From assembly GCA_964188305.1 (NCBI GenBank), contig OZ076894.1: DNA of 64,000 nucleotides. One strand, 5' to 3'. Every line of letters begins with the position of its first letter. Position 1 is the first letter of the stretch. The translations under genes and the position numbers were made by a program. This DNA is from Podarcis bocagei. Lineage: Eukaryota. Below are positions 63,741 to 64,000 of the stretch, in pieces. A model generated the notes under the pieces. That model searched no databases. It had not been told where the DNA came from and saw only the letters and a list, made by a program, of their open reading frames with translations.

Positions 63741-64000
63741 ATGTACATCAACAGGGCTCCCCCTACTGGTGGTTGACGCTTACTAGACTACCTGCATGGC
63801 ACAGAAGGAATCAGATATAGTTGGTTCAATTCCAGTGCCTAAGCCAATGCCACTCACATTCTGTAACCAATAAAGTTGTGGCCTTTTTAGCCCATTAACC
63901 TAAAATACTAGTGTCCATGTGTTTCATTATTCAACAAAATGGGGGAGGGCTCAGGGTCTTGACACGCAAGAAAATAAGGATGAGCACTCATTGTGGTGTA

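Overview
Eukaryotic (vertebrate) genomic DNA, not prokaryotic. The repeat content (Sauria SINEs, tRNA/L2- and tRNA-Lys/CR1-type SINEs, CAGTGGTACC Tc1/mariner MITEs) points to a squamate, probably a lacertid lizard. The window holds one complete + strand gene, SLC7A11 (xCT, cystine/glutamate antiporter light chain). I rebuilt 12 coding exons by hand from GT-AG boundaries (277+127+116+126+100+45+124+104+97+150+178+68 = 1512 nt, 503 aa, ATG 6156 to TGA 56158). Upstream is the characteristic xCT promoter (paired inverted AAREs, ARE-like site, TATA-like box), and downstream is a probable 3' UTR of about 6.7 kb. Introns carry many short non-autonomous DNA transposons, several with intact TIRs and TSDs, plus SINEs and microsatellites. 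Almost all other ORFs in the track are spurious. I found no convincing new protein-coding system. The best leads are: extra ATF4/NRF2/AP-1 motif clusters outside the known promoter; a young G-rich hAT MITE with telomere-like internal repeats; inverted repeat pairs that bracket in-frame exon blocks ending at exon 11 (possible circRNAs); a 5S-derived SINE; and protein differences from human xCT. All human comparisons are from memory and need an alignment.
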